Source: an uncultured Pseudomonadota bacterium (GTDB lineage: Bacteria; Babelota; Babeliae; Babelales; JAUPTZ01). Taken from it: DNA of 64,000 nucleotides. Positions 8,542-17,727 of the stretch are shown one piece after another. The translations under genes and the position numbers were made by a program. The stretch is taken from the NCBI GenBank assembly GCA_964429275.1, contig CAYSBJ010000001.1, positions 451,776 through 515,775 on the forward strand, written 5' to 3'. Under the pieces are notes generated by a model, which was not told the DNA's origin, did not search any database, and worked only from the letters and a program-made list of their open reading frames with translations. The first letter of the stretch is position 1. Each line of letters begins with the position of its first letter.

Positions 8542-8958
8542 TTAGTCGTGGTTGCGGGGGGCTGGAGCGCCAAGCGCTTGAAAAAAGCCGAGTGTTTTAT
8601 TGACTGTGACTTTTTCTGATTCTGTTTCATCACTGGTCGTGACACAATAAAATTTGGTTGCGCGACTGCGCAATGCGTCCCAATTAATAAAGAGAATGTG
8701 TGCTAAGCCGCTGGTTAGGGATTGGGTATGCGCGATAATATCCTCGTCTGGTTGGATCGCTAAGGTGTATGTTGCGGTGCCAAGAGTGAGATAGAACGCG
8801 GCGTCTGGGTGAGTGACGAGCTCTTTTTTAATATGGGTCAACAGCCGATTAATTGCATGGTACATAGTTTTGTTTCCTTGCAGGTCGGTTGAGTTTGGTG
8901 TTGTCGTCTCCATGTGGAGGTAAATAGGGTGTATTTTGTCTAATAGTTTCGTATGCAT
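8542..8958 (-). CDS. Hypothetical protein, divergent and possibly 5'-truncated member of the paralog array
   Basis: LLTHIKKEL...FYLTLGTATYTL...LAHILF...KFY matches the shared domain; no signal peptide. Confidence 0.55.
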   Translation of the reverse strand: MHTKLLDKIHPIYLHMETTTPNSTDLQGNKTMYHAINRLLTHIKKELVTHPDAAFYLTLGTATYTLAIQPDEDIIAHTQSLTSGLAHILFINWDALRSRATKFYCVTTSDETESEKVTVNKTLGFFQALGAPAPRNHD

Positions 8959-9565
8959 AAATAATTCGCTGACCTGCGTTGTGACGACAGGTCTAATATC
9001 TCAATAAAATAATAATAAAAGTCGGCTGAAAGAGGTTTTTGCCTCTATTGTAATGAATGTTCGGGATGCGAACATAGTGGGACGTGAAACTGGTAATTAC
9101 AGTTCTTCACGAGGTCGATACTCTACTAAATGTTTTCTAATAATGCAAATTAATGAGATTATTTGATCGAGTCTTTTGACATGTCGGCGCGAAAAACTCC
9201 TTTTATGCCTCTGAGAGTGATAGGTGCAGGTCTCTTACCGGGCGAAGGAATCCTGACAGTAGCTTTAAGCCTTCTCCTTTGGCAGAAATGCTCTCGGGGT
9301 GTGTGCAGCGGGACAAAATCGGTAAACTGGAAGAATTAATAGCGGACTCGCGTTTTCTGGCTAGTCCATATCTGATAGACATGGTTTATGAGTAAATTGC
9401 TTTAATTGAAGCGTTTTTCAATCTACTGTCCGTTGAATATTCGTTTAGTTTGGTGGGGCTTCAGGGCTTGCTTTTAGCCCGGTTGGAGCGGCTCAAATCT
9501 TGCGCTTGAAAGTGTCGAGAAAGGGCATTTTTTCTGGAATGGTTGTCAGCGCCAGGACTTCGTGC

Positions 9566-9593
9566 TTGTAAAAGTAGGTAGACCGGCTATACT
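9566..9593 (+). promoter_or_regulatory. Putative sigma70 promoter of rplS
   Basis: TTGTAA-N16-TATACT upstream of rplS. Confidence 0.4.
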
Positions 9594-9649
9594 AGTGCCT
9601 ATGTTATAACAACATTCTATAATTGATTACGTAATTAAAGAGGACTAGC

Positions 9650-10075
9650 ATGAAAGCGATGAATTTAACCAAAGAAACTATTGCCCAGGTCGGCGTAGTG
9701 GAGCGCAATTTCCCTGATTTTCGCGTGGGTGACACCGTATCAGTGGCCCAAATCGTAAAAGAAGGCAATAAAGAGCGTACCCAGCTGTTTGAAGGCGATG
9801 TTTTGGCAATTCGCGGCGCTGGTGCTTCAATGACTTTCACGGTTCGCCGTATCGCATCTAACAACATCCCTGTTGAACGTATTTATCCTTACTACTCCCC
9901 AGTAATCAGTGAAATCAAGCTGGTTCGTCGTGGTGATGTTCGTCGCGCTAAACTTTACTACGTACGCGATCGTATCGGTAAAGCTGCTCGTATTAAAGAG
10001 AAAGTGTTGACCCGCGAACAAAAGATGCACTTGAATGATAAAGCTGGTGCTGTTGTGGCCGAGGCAGGAGAATAA
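9650..10075 (+). CDS. rplS: 50S ribosomal protein L19
   Basis: [52 protein letters not shown]. Confidence 0.97.
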   Translation: MKAMNLTKETIAQVGVVERNFPDFRVGDTVSVAQIVKEGNKERTQLFEGDVLAIRGAGASMTFTVRRIASNNIPVERIYPYYSPVISEIKLVRRGDVRRAKLYYVRDRIGKAARIKEKVLTREQKMHLNDKAGAVVAEAGE

Positions 10076-10313
10076 ATTTTTTTAGTGTCGTGTACCCACG
10101 AGTGTGCGGAGAAAAAGCTTTGATGGTCTACTGGCCGCGAGGCCTTTTCTTTCAGGAATGCGCATGCTCACCGTAGTACTCAAGGGATTGCCTGATGATT
10201 TGGGTGAGCTCTGGGGGAGCCGAGCAGGAGAATGCCGTATGGGCATCTTCAAGGCAGCGGGAAGTGTTTGACGGTTGTTCGTTGAATGCTATGGGGTTGT
10301 CGATGAGGCATGT

Positions 10314-10493
10314 ATGAGTATATGGCTTGCGTGTAAAGCCTTAGTGTTAACAGCAGTAATTCTGGTAACTATTCCGTTTGTAGTCTGTCTTTTTCTTGCG
10401 TTATGGGGCAACAGCTTCGTACTCGCGGTAGACAAAGATTCTTGGTTGGCTCGGTTATACGGCTCGGCCATCCGCCAACGCATTGCGCGTTAG
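10314..10493 (+). CDS. Small putative membrane protein (59 aa)
   Basis: ATG at 10314 with GAGG upstream, one long hydrophobic stretch, basic tail, terminator follows. Confidence 0.45.
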   Translation: MSIWLACKALVLTAVILVTIPFVVCLFLALWGNSFVLAVDKDSWLARLYGSAIRQRIAR

Positions 10494-10516
10494 GGACTGC
10501 AAAATACATTTTATTT

Positions 10517-10555
10517 AATGAACCCCGCCACAAACTGGCGGGGTTCATTTTTTTT
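10517..10555 (+). terminator. Rho-independent terminator
   Basis: AATGAACCCCGCCA / TGGCGGGGTTCATT perfect stem plus T-run. Confidence 0.85.
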
Positions 10556-10609
10556 AAAAAAATCGATTTGAGCTCGTAGTGAGCGTGGAATTAGGGGGGA
10601 TTTTGGGAT

Positions 10610-11533
10610 ATGAGTACAATGAAAACTTTATTTTTTTGTGGTTTTGTGTGCCTTGGGGGGTTGCAGGCATCTGAAGTGCGACTGGTCGAGGCAGCGAGCA
10701 TTGCGTGGAGCATTGATGTTATGGAAGCGCTTAAAGATGTCGGCCGAGAGGCGGGGCGCGAACTTGGTATGAGCGAAGTGGTTCTTTCGCGGCTTGGAAC
10801 TTCGTCTATTGACGTACTTGATGATGCATCTTCCTGTTGTTTTGAATGTAAACTTTCTGGCATTGATAAGTGGCATGCTGTGTACAGGGGTGTAAATGCT
10901 TTTTTAAGAGTACAAGCTTCTCCTGCTGCGTTGCATCGCGCTTCACTCGATAAGGTGGCGGAGGCAAAAGAAGAGCTCAATTCATGCGTCGTGGAAATGC
11001 TGGCGATTTTGTCTCGATTAAATGGCTTTAAGCTTGAGAGGCTTTGTTCCCACCTTCACGAAAAAGGTATTGCTGCCAATATGCAGCTTACGCTTTGCGA
11101 TTTGCCTGTGATTGTGAATTTTTTGATCTTATTTAGAGGGGGGAATCAGAAAGGAAAAAGTCAGGCACGACTAATAAGAAACAAATGGGTTGCTTTTCAG
11201 GCATGGCGTGATAGCCTGGACGTTGATACTTTATCTGATGTTGATTGGAGGATGGTGGTGACTTCTCATAAGGATCTACTGCTGGTCTATAAGTTACTTC
11301 CTGAGTGTGCTAAAAATCTTGCATTAGGTGATTTAGAAAGACTTTTTCTCTTGTTGCGTTGTGCAAATCTTCTTCAGCGGTATAAAGCGTTGTTGGAATG
11401 TATCGGTGATCGTACAAGAGCTTCGCTTGGGGCCACACCTACTTGCTCAAATTCTGATGTTCCAACGGAGCCCTATCCTGCGGAAGAGGATTTGGAGCGC
11501 GAAGCGATTGTTCGGGAGGATGAATTAGTATAA
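10610..11533 (+). CDS. Exported hypothetical protein
   Basis: 307 aa, signal peptide MKTLFFCGFVCLGGLQA-SE. Confidence 0.7.
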   Translation: MSTMKTLFFCGFVCLGGLQASEVRLVEAASIAWSIDVMEALKDVGREAGRELGMSEVVLSRLGTSSIDVLDDASSCCFECKLSGIDKWHAVYRGVNAFLRVQASPAALHRASLDKVAEAKEELNSCVVEMLAILSRLNGFKLERLCSHLHEKGIAANMQLTLCDLPVIVNFLILFRGGNQKGKSQARLIRNKWVAFQAWRDSLDVDTLSDVDWRMVVTSHKDLLLVYKLLPECAKNLALGDLERLFLLLRCANLLQRYKALLECIGDRTRASLGATPTCSNSDVPTEPYPAEEDLEREAIVREDELV

Positions 11534-11562
11534 GAGTAATAAGTTTAAGGGAGAAAGTTTTT

Positions 11563-12253
11563 ATGAAAAAAAATAGTTGTCGGCATGATATTTATTGCTG
11601 TGGCTGGTGGTCTACGCGCATCTGAGGACTTGAATACATCTCAAGCGTTTGTGTCGCTGGAGGTATTGAGAAAATCGGAAAATCGTTCCGACCTAATGAG
11701 GGAGGTATCTCGGTGTATTCAGATTTTGCGTACTCTTTCCTCATGTTGTGATGATCTCGGATTAAATGCGACTGAGGGCGATAGTCTTAAAAAATTTGCT
11801 GATTCGAGCGAAAAAATCTTAAAAATTATGCTAGGACGCGGTTTTTCTTTTATTAATCTAGATAGTATCCAAGGTAGCATGTCAGGTCTTATAGAGGCGA
11901 TAACAAAAAAAGACGGTTGTGGAACTATTGCGTGGGTTTGCCGCAACCTGGCGATAGAGGTTGCTAATTCAATTTGCCCTTATATAACAGCAGCGCCCTC
12001 GTCGCGAGTAGTTTCTGAATGGACGGACTTCTTACGACTCAATCTGTCCGCGCGTAGGGGGTTTGTTGATTTCAGTGAGTTTACTCGGTACAGGGGGACC
12101 TCATGGTGGAACCGTCGGATTGAGTATAATGCACAGATGATGTATGCGCTGATAATATTGGGGCATATTTTTTTCCCTGCTGTTCAAGCAGAGATTCTTT
12201 TGGATGCAGTCTACAATGAGACGATTTTAGATGAAGTGTATGATAGACTCTGA
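11563..12253 (+). CDS. Exported hypothetical protein with apparent +1 frameshift in an A8 tract after the start codon
   Basis: SD plus ATG at 11563; removing one A gives MKKIVVGMIFIAVAGGLRA-SE in frame with ORF 11585..12253. Confidence 0.65.
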
Positions 12254-12260
12254 GTTTCTT

Positions 12261-12797
12261 TTACGCGTGGATGTTGCTCAAAATAATAATATCTTTGAGT
12301 GCAATTGCAAACAGCGTGATGAGTGCGGTAACCGTTAGTGTAAAGCGGAGCTGATAATACCAAAAAGGTCGTCGTGGAATATTACGTGTTTTATAGAGCC
12401 AGGCTGCTCCTGTTGGTAGTGCCGCGGTTATGAATATGCACCAATAGGGAAATGGATGTCGGATTGCCCAATAAATGAAGTGGGTGACCGACGTCTTTTC
12501 GTAGATAGACTGGTTGTTGAGAAAAGTACCGATATGAAGGGCGATGCTTAAAATCCAGGCCCAACATTCCCATACATAGTTTGGTTGATAGCCGACCAAT
12601 GGTGCAAGCGGATATAGCAATATTCCACCGCCAAAAAAAGGAAGGCACATTACATATACCGTCCAGCACAAGCCAGTCAGGTGCAGACCGGTTAACAAAC
12701 CATAAGCTGTTACTAGGTTAAGTGCGGCAAACGCTAAAAAAGAGAAAAAAAACGTGATTTTTATGAAAACGAGGGAGAAGTTACGCGGAGCGTTCAT
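12261..12797 (-). CDS. Hypothetical integral membrane protein
   Basis: 178 aa, about five hydrophobic segments, GAAGGGA upstream. Confidence 0.65.
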   Translation of the reverse strand: MNAPRNFSLVFIKITFFFSFLAFAALNLVTAYGLLTGLHLTGLCWTVYVMCLPFFGGGILLYPLAPLVGYQPNYVWECWAWILSIALHIGTFLNNQSIYEKTSVTHFIYWAIRHPFPYWCIFITAALPTGAAWLYKTRNIPRRPFWYYQLRFTLTVTALITLFAIALKDIIILSNIHA

Positions 12798-12872
12798 GCG
12801 ATCCCTTCGCTATGGTGTGCAGCCAGCCGTGACTTCTTTGTGATGATTTTGTGATATCGCAAAGGCGAAGGC

Positions 12873-12948
12873 TGGTGGAGCTAACCGGATTCGAACCGGT
12901 GGCCTCATGAATGCCATTCATGCGCTCTACCAACTGAGCTATAGCCCC
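12873..12948 (-). tRNA. tRNA-Ala (GGC)
   Basis: Reverse complement GGGGCTA...TAGCTCC-ACCA, G3:U70 pair, anticodon loop AT-GGC-AT. Confidence 0.97.
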
Positions 12949-12970
12949 CCATATATTGTGATGAACGGCA

Positions 12971-12998
12971 AGTTTACGCAAAGAGATAAAAATAGCAA
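12971..12998 (-). promoter_or_regulatory. Putative promoter of tRNA-Ala
   Basis: TTGCTA-N16-TAAACT on the minus strand just upstream of the tRNA. Confidence 0.4.
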
Positions 12999-13012
12999 GC
13001 ATTATTCTACCT

Positions 13013-16000
13013 CTACCGAGCTATAGGACCAGAAAGTGCAATTGTTTTTGTGTTGGTGGTGTAACGGTCCATAGCTTGTCTGTTGCTTGTTGGGCCGCTT
13101 GTAGTAAGAATGCCCGTTGTCCTTGCAATTTCTTGCGCAGAGACTACGCGAGCTGCGTTGCGGCTCATCGAGCTGCGAAGTATTGATGCAGCAGGATTAA
13201 CGCTTCCGACTTGGTTTTTTAGACGTTCGCCCCCACTGTAGGCCAGGAGAGCATTGTTAAACCCTTGATATGCACAGAACCACGTCGTAGCTGTGTTGAA
13301 GTTTATTGCTAGTGGCGCGGTAGCAGTGGAGCCTTTCGTAGACGTTGTACCATTTGTTGCAGCTTGAATACTTGCTAATGTGGCCGCATCAGGATATTGG
13401 ATGTACGGTGTAATAAGCGGCGTAATATTATCGCTTGCATAACCGCCAATACGAAAACAGCTGTTGTCGGCTTGTATCCAGTATGGTACTGGGGTTGGTA
13501 GGAGGCCGCCGGTTAGGCTACTTGCGATAAGTTGGCCATTCGCGTTCAATATGATGCCGCTTGAGCTTACAATAATAGTAAAGAGTATTGGATGTGCAGA
13601 GACGGCATTAGGATTCATCGTTGCGCTAGTGTATGGGCCATTTTGGCTGAAAGCAAATACTGCGTACGCATTTGGGTCACCTCCCGTGATAGTGAATTTG
13701 TGCTGCGTTCCTGGGCTTATTTGTGTTGCTAGGTCCCATTGGGAGGCAGCCGGAAGATTTGCTGAAGTATTAATCCCATTAAGTATAAGTTGTCCCGCTG
13801 AGGTAGGTGTAGAGGTTGTTGGGGTGCCGGTGTTTTCGACACCGGTATTTGTAGCATTTGGTGTGGTCGGGGTATTTGGCATAGGGGTAATGTTCGTGCC
13901 TTGCGGGTTTTGTACGAGGTTTATTTCGTTAATAGTTGCGGTGTTTCCCCATGCGCTCAGAGAAACATTCTGGAGCGGTTTGCGAGAAGGATCAACGTTT
14001 GTTTCTGTCCAGCTCCAGAGGGGGGGCAATGAGTTGATATCGCTTTTTGTGTCATTCGGGTCCATTATTCCTACATCAAAGGTTCGGCTTATACCACTTG
14101 GTGAACCAGTAGTAGCCGGAATTGTTGGGATAGTCGGTGTATAGCGAACCCAGAGTTTTGCGGTTGTGTAAGAAGGCGTGCTGCCTGGTGTGCTTGTTGT
14201 TGTGGATTGTGCCAAGGAGTGAAACGCAAGTGCGGGGGGCGTTGGTATTATTAGCTGCGGTTCTCCGAGTGAACCATCGTACGGCGAGTCACTTCCGGCA
14301 GGAATTGATGGGGTAATAAGAGAAGTTGGTCTGCGTATAGAGACGTAAGCTGGGCCATACGGCTGACCATTTCCTGGCGATGTTGCTTGAATTTGGATGT
14401 TATATTCGGCACCGGTAAAGATCTTGTTTCCGTTGTCTTGCGCAGCAACACTACTGGTAGGATCGCTAGTAAAGCCAACCATGAAGGTCGCGGTGTTGCG
14501 GCTGCTTAATTCATTTACCGTAACCTTAGCGGTTAAATAACCCCCACCTTTAGGGTCTAGTGTGCCGGTCGTATTACCGCTTGATTTTGTGAGGTCCCAA
14601 TTATAGGTTGGGATAGCATCTGTATATGGTTTAATTTGGATATCTTTATATATCACGGTTGTTGCCCAGCCACTCATGCAGGTTTGCTCAAAGAGCGGTG
14701 TTTTCGTGGTATTCCAAGTATAGAGTGGATTTGTATTGAGGTCTGAATCGACCCCTATGGTTATGGTTTGCGTCGTATTTGTTTGTGCGGAAGAAAGCCA
14801 CAGGGAGTGTATTTTGCCGTCTGGTGCGGCACGTGATACAACAGTTTGGTTTACCCACTGGGAGTTAGCTCCGTTTACTGATGGCAGGAACTGAGTAATG
14901 GTTATGTCGTTTGAATTAGGCGTGTTTGGTGTTGGTACTATGGAAATCAAAAATAATTGTGCAGCGCCAGCAAATCCGGTCAAACTTACCGTTTTATAAC
15001 TTGTAACGCCGTTGGTCGTTACCGGAACTGTGGCATCAAATTGGTGGTGTACGGTAGTGTCTACGGTTGATGGTGCCAGACCGATAGCAAGAGTAGCGCT
15101 TGGCAGTGGTGTGCCTTGAATATCTACGTTGTCCGTGAGATCAAATGAACAGTGCATTGAAAACCCTGTCGCGGAGTTGATGACTTTATTGAGCGCTGTG
15201 GTTCCCCATTTGAAAGATAAAGATGGAAGACCATTTGCTTCAGTAGCGCGGCCGTCGATGGGCAGCTGAGTTAACTGCGTGGTCACACTTGCAACAGGCG
15301 TAGAGATTGTGGGTTGTGTTGACGGCGTAGTTGTTATCGAGTTGCTTGTGGAGGTAGAGAGTGGCGTTGATTTAGTAGAAACTTCGCTGTTACTGGAGGA
15401 AACTCCTGAGTCTTGGCTAGCAGTGGTGGTATTAGTTGTCAGATTTGTTTTTTCATTGTTGGAATTGCTTGTACTGGTGTTGGTAGTTGTAGTGTCTGTA
15501 GTAGATGCTCCAGTGCTTGCTGTGTTACTGAGTGAGTTGTTGAGAGCGGCATTGAATGTTGCAAGCGCGGTCCCGTTATTCTGCAGCGTTTGCGCAGCGG
15601 TGGGCGCGCTTACCGTAATGTTATTGTAGGTTACTGGGGCTTGTTCGCAGCTGAGTGTTACATATTTAATGCCAGTTGCAGCCTGGGGAATTGGTAATGT
15701 AGCAAGCGGTGTTGTGGCGTTTGAATTATTGTATACGGTAATAGCAGCATCGGCTGTATTGGTTTTTTGGTAGACCACGCAATAAGTGCTAGAGAATGAT
15801 GTGTTTTGTAGAATCACTGGTGTGCCAATGGGTTGCGCGGTGCCACTTGCAAGGGAGAAAGCACAGATCTGAATATGGGATGCGTTCATAACAGCGTTAG
15901 AATTTGTAGAAGAAGCGTTGCTTGGCAATGGATCCAGAGTAATACCATACAATGGTAGCCCTTGCGGTGCGGTGCCAAATAGTACCACAGCGCCATTTCC

Positions 16001-17707
16001 AGAGGTTGTTATGCCGCTAGTGCTGAGTGGTCCTCGTGCAGTTTGTATGTAGTTGTTTACAAAATATTGCGATGGTTGGGTAAGATTCAGATTAAACTGA
16101 ATCGCGCCAAGGTCGTTTTGGGGGAAGACCAGATTGCTGGAAGCCCAGTTGGTAGAGCCTGGCGCATAAGCAACTGCTTGTTGTAGGCCGCTTACTGTGC
16201 AACTTGAGCCATTTGTTTTAAGCCCCATGAAACCGTTCCATGTGGGTGCGGTTGCTATAGAGCTTACTAAGGTGATGTTTTTTAAATTAACGTTAGAAGA
16301 GATAGAGCAGAGTGACATTGTGTTGTCGGCTCCGCGAGTATTATTCTTTTTCCACGCGCTATTTTGCCATGATATTAGCGGCTGCTGTACACCAGTTGCG
16401 CTTATGGTACCAAAAACGATCGTATTATTGTTTATGTCTGGATTGTAGAGAAGAAAGTAGTTTTGTGTAGAATTTAAACCTTGATCTGAGGATGGGAGAA
16501 GGATGTCATAAAGCCCCCTACTTGTTGGAATATCGCTGCTGAATACTGGTAAATTGCTTTGGGAAGCAAGGTCTATTTCATTTGTCGAGGTATGGTGAAT
16601 GAGAGCAACATGAGTGCCTGCTTGGCTTCCTGTTGGTGTGCTATTGAGTTTTACGTTTAAGTCTATTTCATAAGTAGGAGGAGTATCTAAAGGGCTTGCA
16701 TAGAGACAACAACATAGGTTTGACGGTAAGGCAGATGATTGGAAAGTAATCAGAACTTGTTGTGATGTTGGTAGTGGAAAATAGCCCGGTGTATTTGCAA
16801 ACAAGGTCTGCGTATTGACGGAAGAAATAGTTGGGTTTTGAAATGTTTGAACACAATTGACACTACTGACGAAAACTCGTGAGATATTTGTTGTTGGGGC
16901 AGTATCAAACCAATACCATACTGGGTTGCCTGCTAGGTAAAGAATCATCAGCGATTGTGGTTGCTGCTTTCCTGACACTTTTTGAAATTGAAGTGTCAGT
17001 TGTAGGCCGCTAGGTGAGGTTCTCCAGCCAGTTTCTAGGCTATTCCATAAAGTAGGATTACTTACTTGAGTTATTGTGACATTTCCTTGTGGTCCGGTTC
17101 CAGTTGATGAGCTGCTTTTTGATGCAAAAATATTGTATTGAGTGCCATTGTATTGAATATTAAGCTGATACTGGGGTGTAGCTGCGATGTTATCACTCAG
17201 TCCTATGAGCGCGCCCCACATGTTAGCACTTTGTGCTTGGCCGTTTACGAGTGTTGTCTGTAAGGCAATAGAGTCTGGGGTTACAGTGCCTGTAATCGGT
17301 GTTATAAGTGTCCACTGGCCGGCACTTGTTGTTATGTTGTTGCCACTATTCATTGCAGGGACTGCGATTGTTGCTTGAACCGTAGTACTTGTAGTGTTCG
17401 ATGGTACCGTCTCTGTTGTGGTTGTGCTGACGCTGGCACTTGCGGGGGGAGTGGTGCTTGCCGTTGTGCTCTGATTCGTTGCGGTTGTTGGCGTTGTGGA
17501 AGAGAGTGTATTGGTGGTAGGGGTTACGATAGTTGTCGTGTTTGTGTTGGATGTAGGGCTTGCTGTGGTAGCAGTCGTTGTAGATGTGGTTGAAGTATTG
17601 CTACTGCTAGGCGCTTCTGTAGCAGCGGCCGGTCGCAGATCAATGGGGCTGAAAGAGATGCATCCCAGTACGAATGCTATCCGCGCTAAGAAATTTTTTG
17701 GTTGCAT
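13013..17707 (-). CDS. Large exported Ser/Thr-rich protein (1564 aa) with about six beta-rich repeat modules
   Basis: Signal peptide, mucin-like S/T/P linkers, repeated module pattern shared with the two upstream genes; starts 20 bp after the giant ORF. Confidence 0.85.
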   Translation of the reverse strand: MQPKNFLARIAFVLGCISFSPIDLRPAAATEAPSSSNTSTTSTTTATTASPTSNTNTTTIVTPTTNTLSSTTPTTATNQSTTASTTPPASASVSTTTTETVPSNTTSTTVQATIAVPAMNSGNNITTSAGQWTLITPITGTVTPDSIALQTTLVNGQAQSANMWGALIGLSDNIAATPQYQLNIQYNGTQYNIFASKSSSSTGTGPQGNVTITQVSNPTLWNSLETGWRTSPSGLQLTLQFQKVSGKQQPQSLMILYLAGNPVWYWFDTAPTTNISRVFVSSVNCVQTFQNPTISSVNTQTLFANTPGYFPLPTSQQVLITFQSSALPSNLCCCLYASPLDTPPTYEIDLNVKLNSTPTGSQAGTHVALIHHTSTNEIDLASQSNLPVFSSDIPTSRGLYDILLPSSDQGLNSTQNYFLLYNPDINNNTIVFGTISATGVQQPLISWQNSAWKKNNTRGADNTMSLCSISSNVNLKNITLVSSIATAPTWNGFMGLKTNGSSCTVSGLQQAVAYAPGSTNWASSNLVFPQNDLGAIQFNLNLTQPSQYFVNNYIQTARGPLSTSGITTSGNGAVVLFGTAPQGLPLYGITLDPLPSNASSTNSNAVMNASHIQICAFSLASGTAQPIGTPVILQNTSFSSTYCVVYQKTNTADAAITVYNNSNATTPLATLPIPQAATGIKYVTLSCEQAPVTYNNITVSAPTAAQTLQNNGTALATFNAALNNSLSNTASTGASTTDTTTTNTSTSNSNNEKTNLTTNTTTASQDSGVSSSNSEVSTKSTPLSTSTSNSITTTPSTQPTISTPVASVTTQLTQLPIDGRATEANGLPSLSFKWGTTALNKVINSATGFSMHCSFDLTDNVDIQGTPLPSATLAIGLAPSTVDTTVHHQFDATVPVTTNGVTSYKTVSLTGFAGAAQLFLISIVPTPNTPNSNDITITQFLPSVNGANSQWVNQTVVSRAAPDGKIHSLWLSSAQTNTTQTITIGVDSDLNTNPLYTWNTTKTPLFEQTCMSGWATTVIYKDIQIKPYTDAIPTYNWDLTKSSGNTTGTLDPKGGGYLTAKVTVNELSSRNTATFMVGFTSDPTSSVAAQDNGNKIFTGAEYNIQIQATSPGNGQPYGPAYVSIRRPTSLITPSIPAGSDSPYDGSLGEPQLIIPTPPALAFHSLAQSTTTSTPGSTPSYTTAKLWVRYTPTIPTIPATTGSPSGISRTFDVGIMDPNDTKSDINSLPPLWSWTETNVDPSRKPLQNVSLSAWGNTATINEINLVQNPQGTNITPMPNTPTTPNATNTGVENTGTPTTSTPTSAGQLILNGINTSANLPAASQWDLATQISPGTQHKFTITGGDPNAYAVFAFSQNGPYTSATMNPNAVSAHPILFTIIVSSSGIILNANGQLIASSLTGGLLPTPVPYWIQADNSCFRIGGYASDNITPLITPYIQYPDAATLASIQAATNGTTSTKGSTATAPLAINFNTATTWFCAYQGFNNALLAYSGGERLKNQVGSVNPAASILRSSMSRNAARVVSAQEIARTTGILTTSGPTSNRQAMDRYTTNTKTIALSGPIAR

Positions 17708-17727
17708 AATCTACCTTTCAAGTATTC

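Noticed and set aside
8959..9075. TGA read-through or alternative genetic code extending ORF 8542..8958
   Set aside because: TGA terminates clear genes such as pyrG; the upstream in-frame peptide has no convincing SD or homology
9205..9305. Glycine riboswitch-like words (GAGAG, CGAAGGA, CTCTC)
   Set aside because: Spacing and core do not fit the aptamer, and no glycine gene is downstream
12781..13002. 73-aa ORF in the track
   Set aside because: Overlaps tRNA-Ala on the same strand; spurious translation of the tRNA
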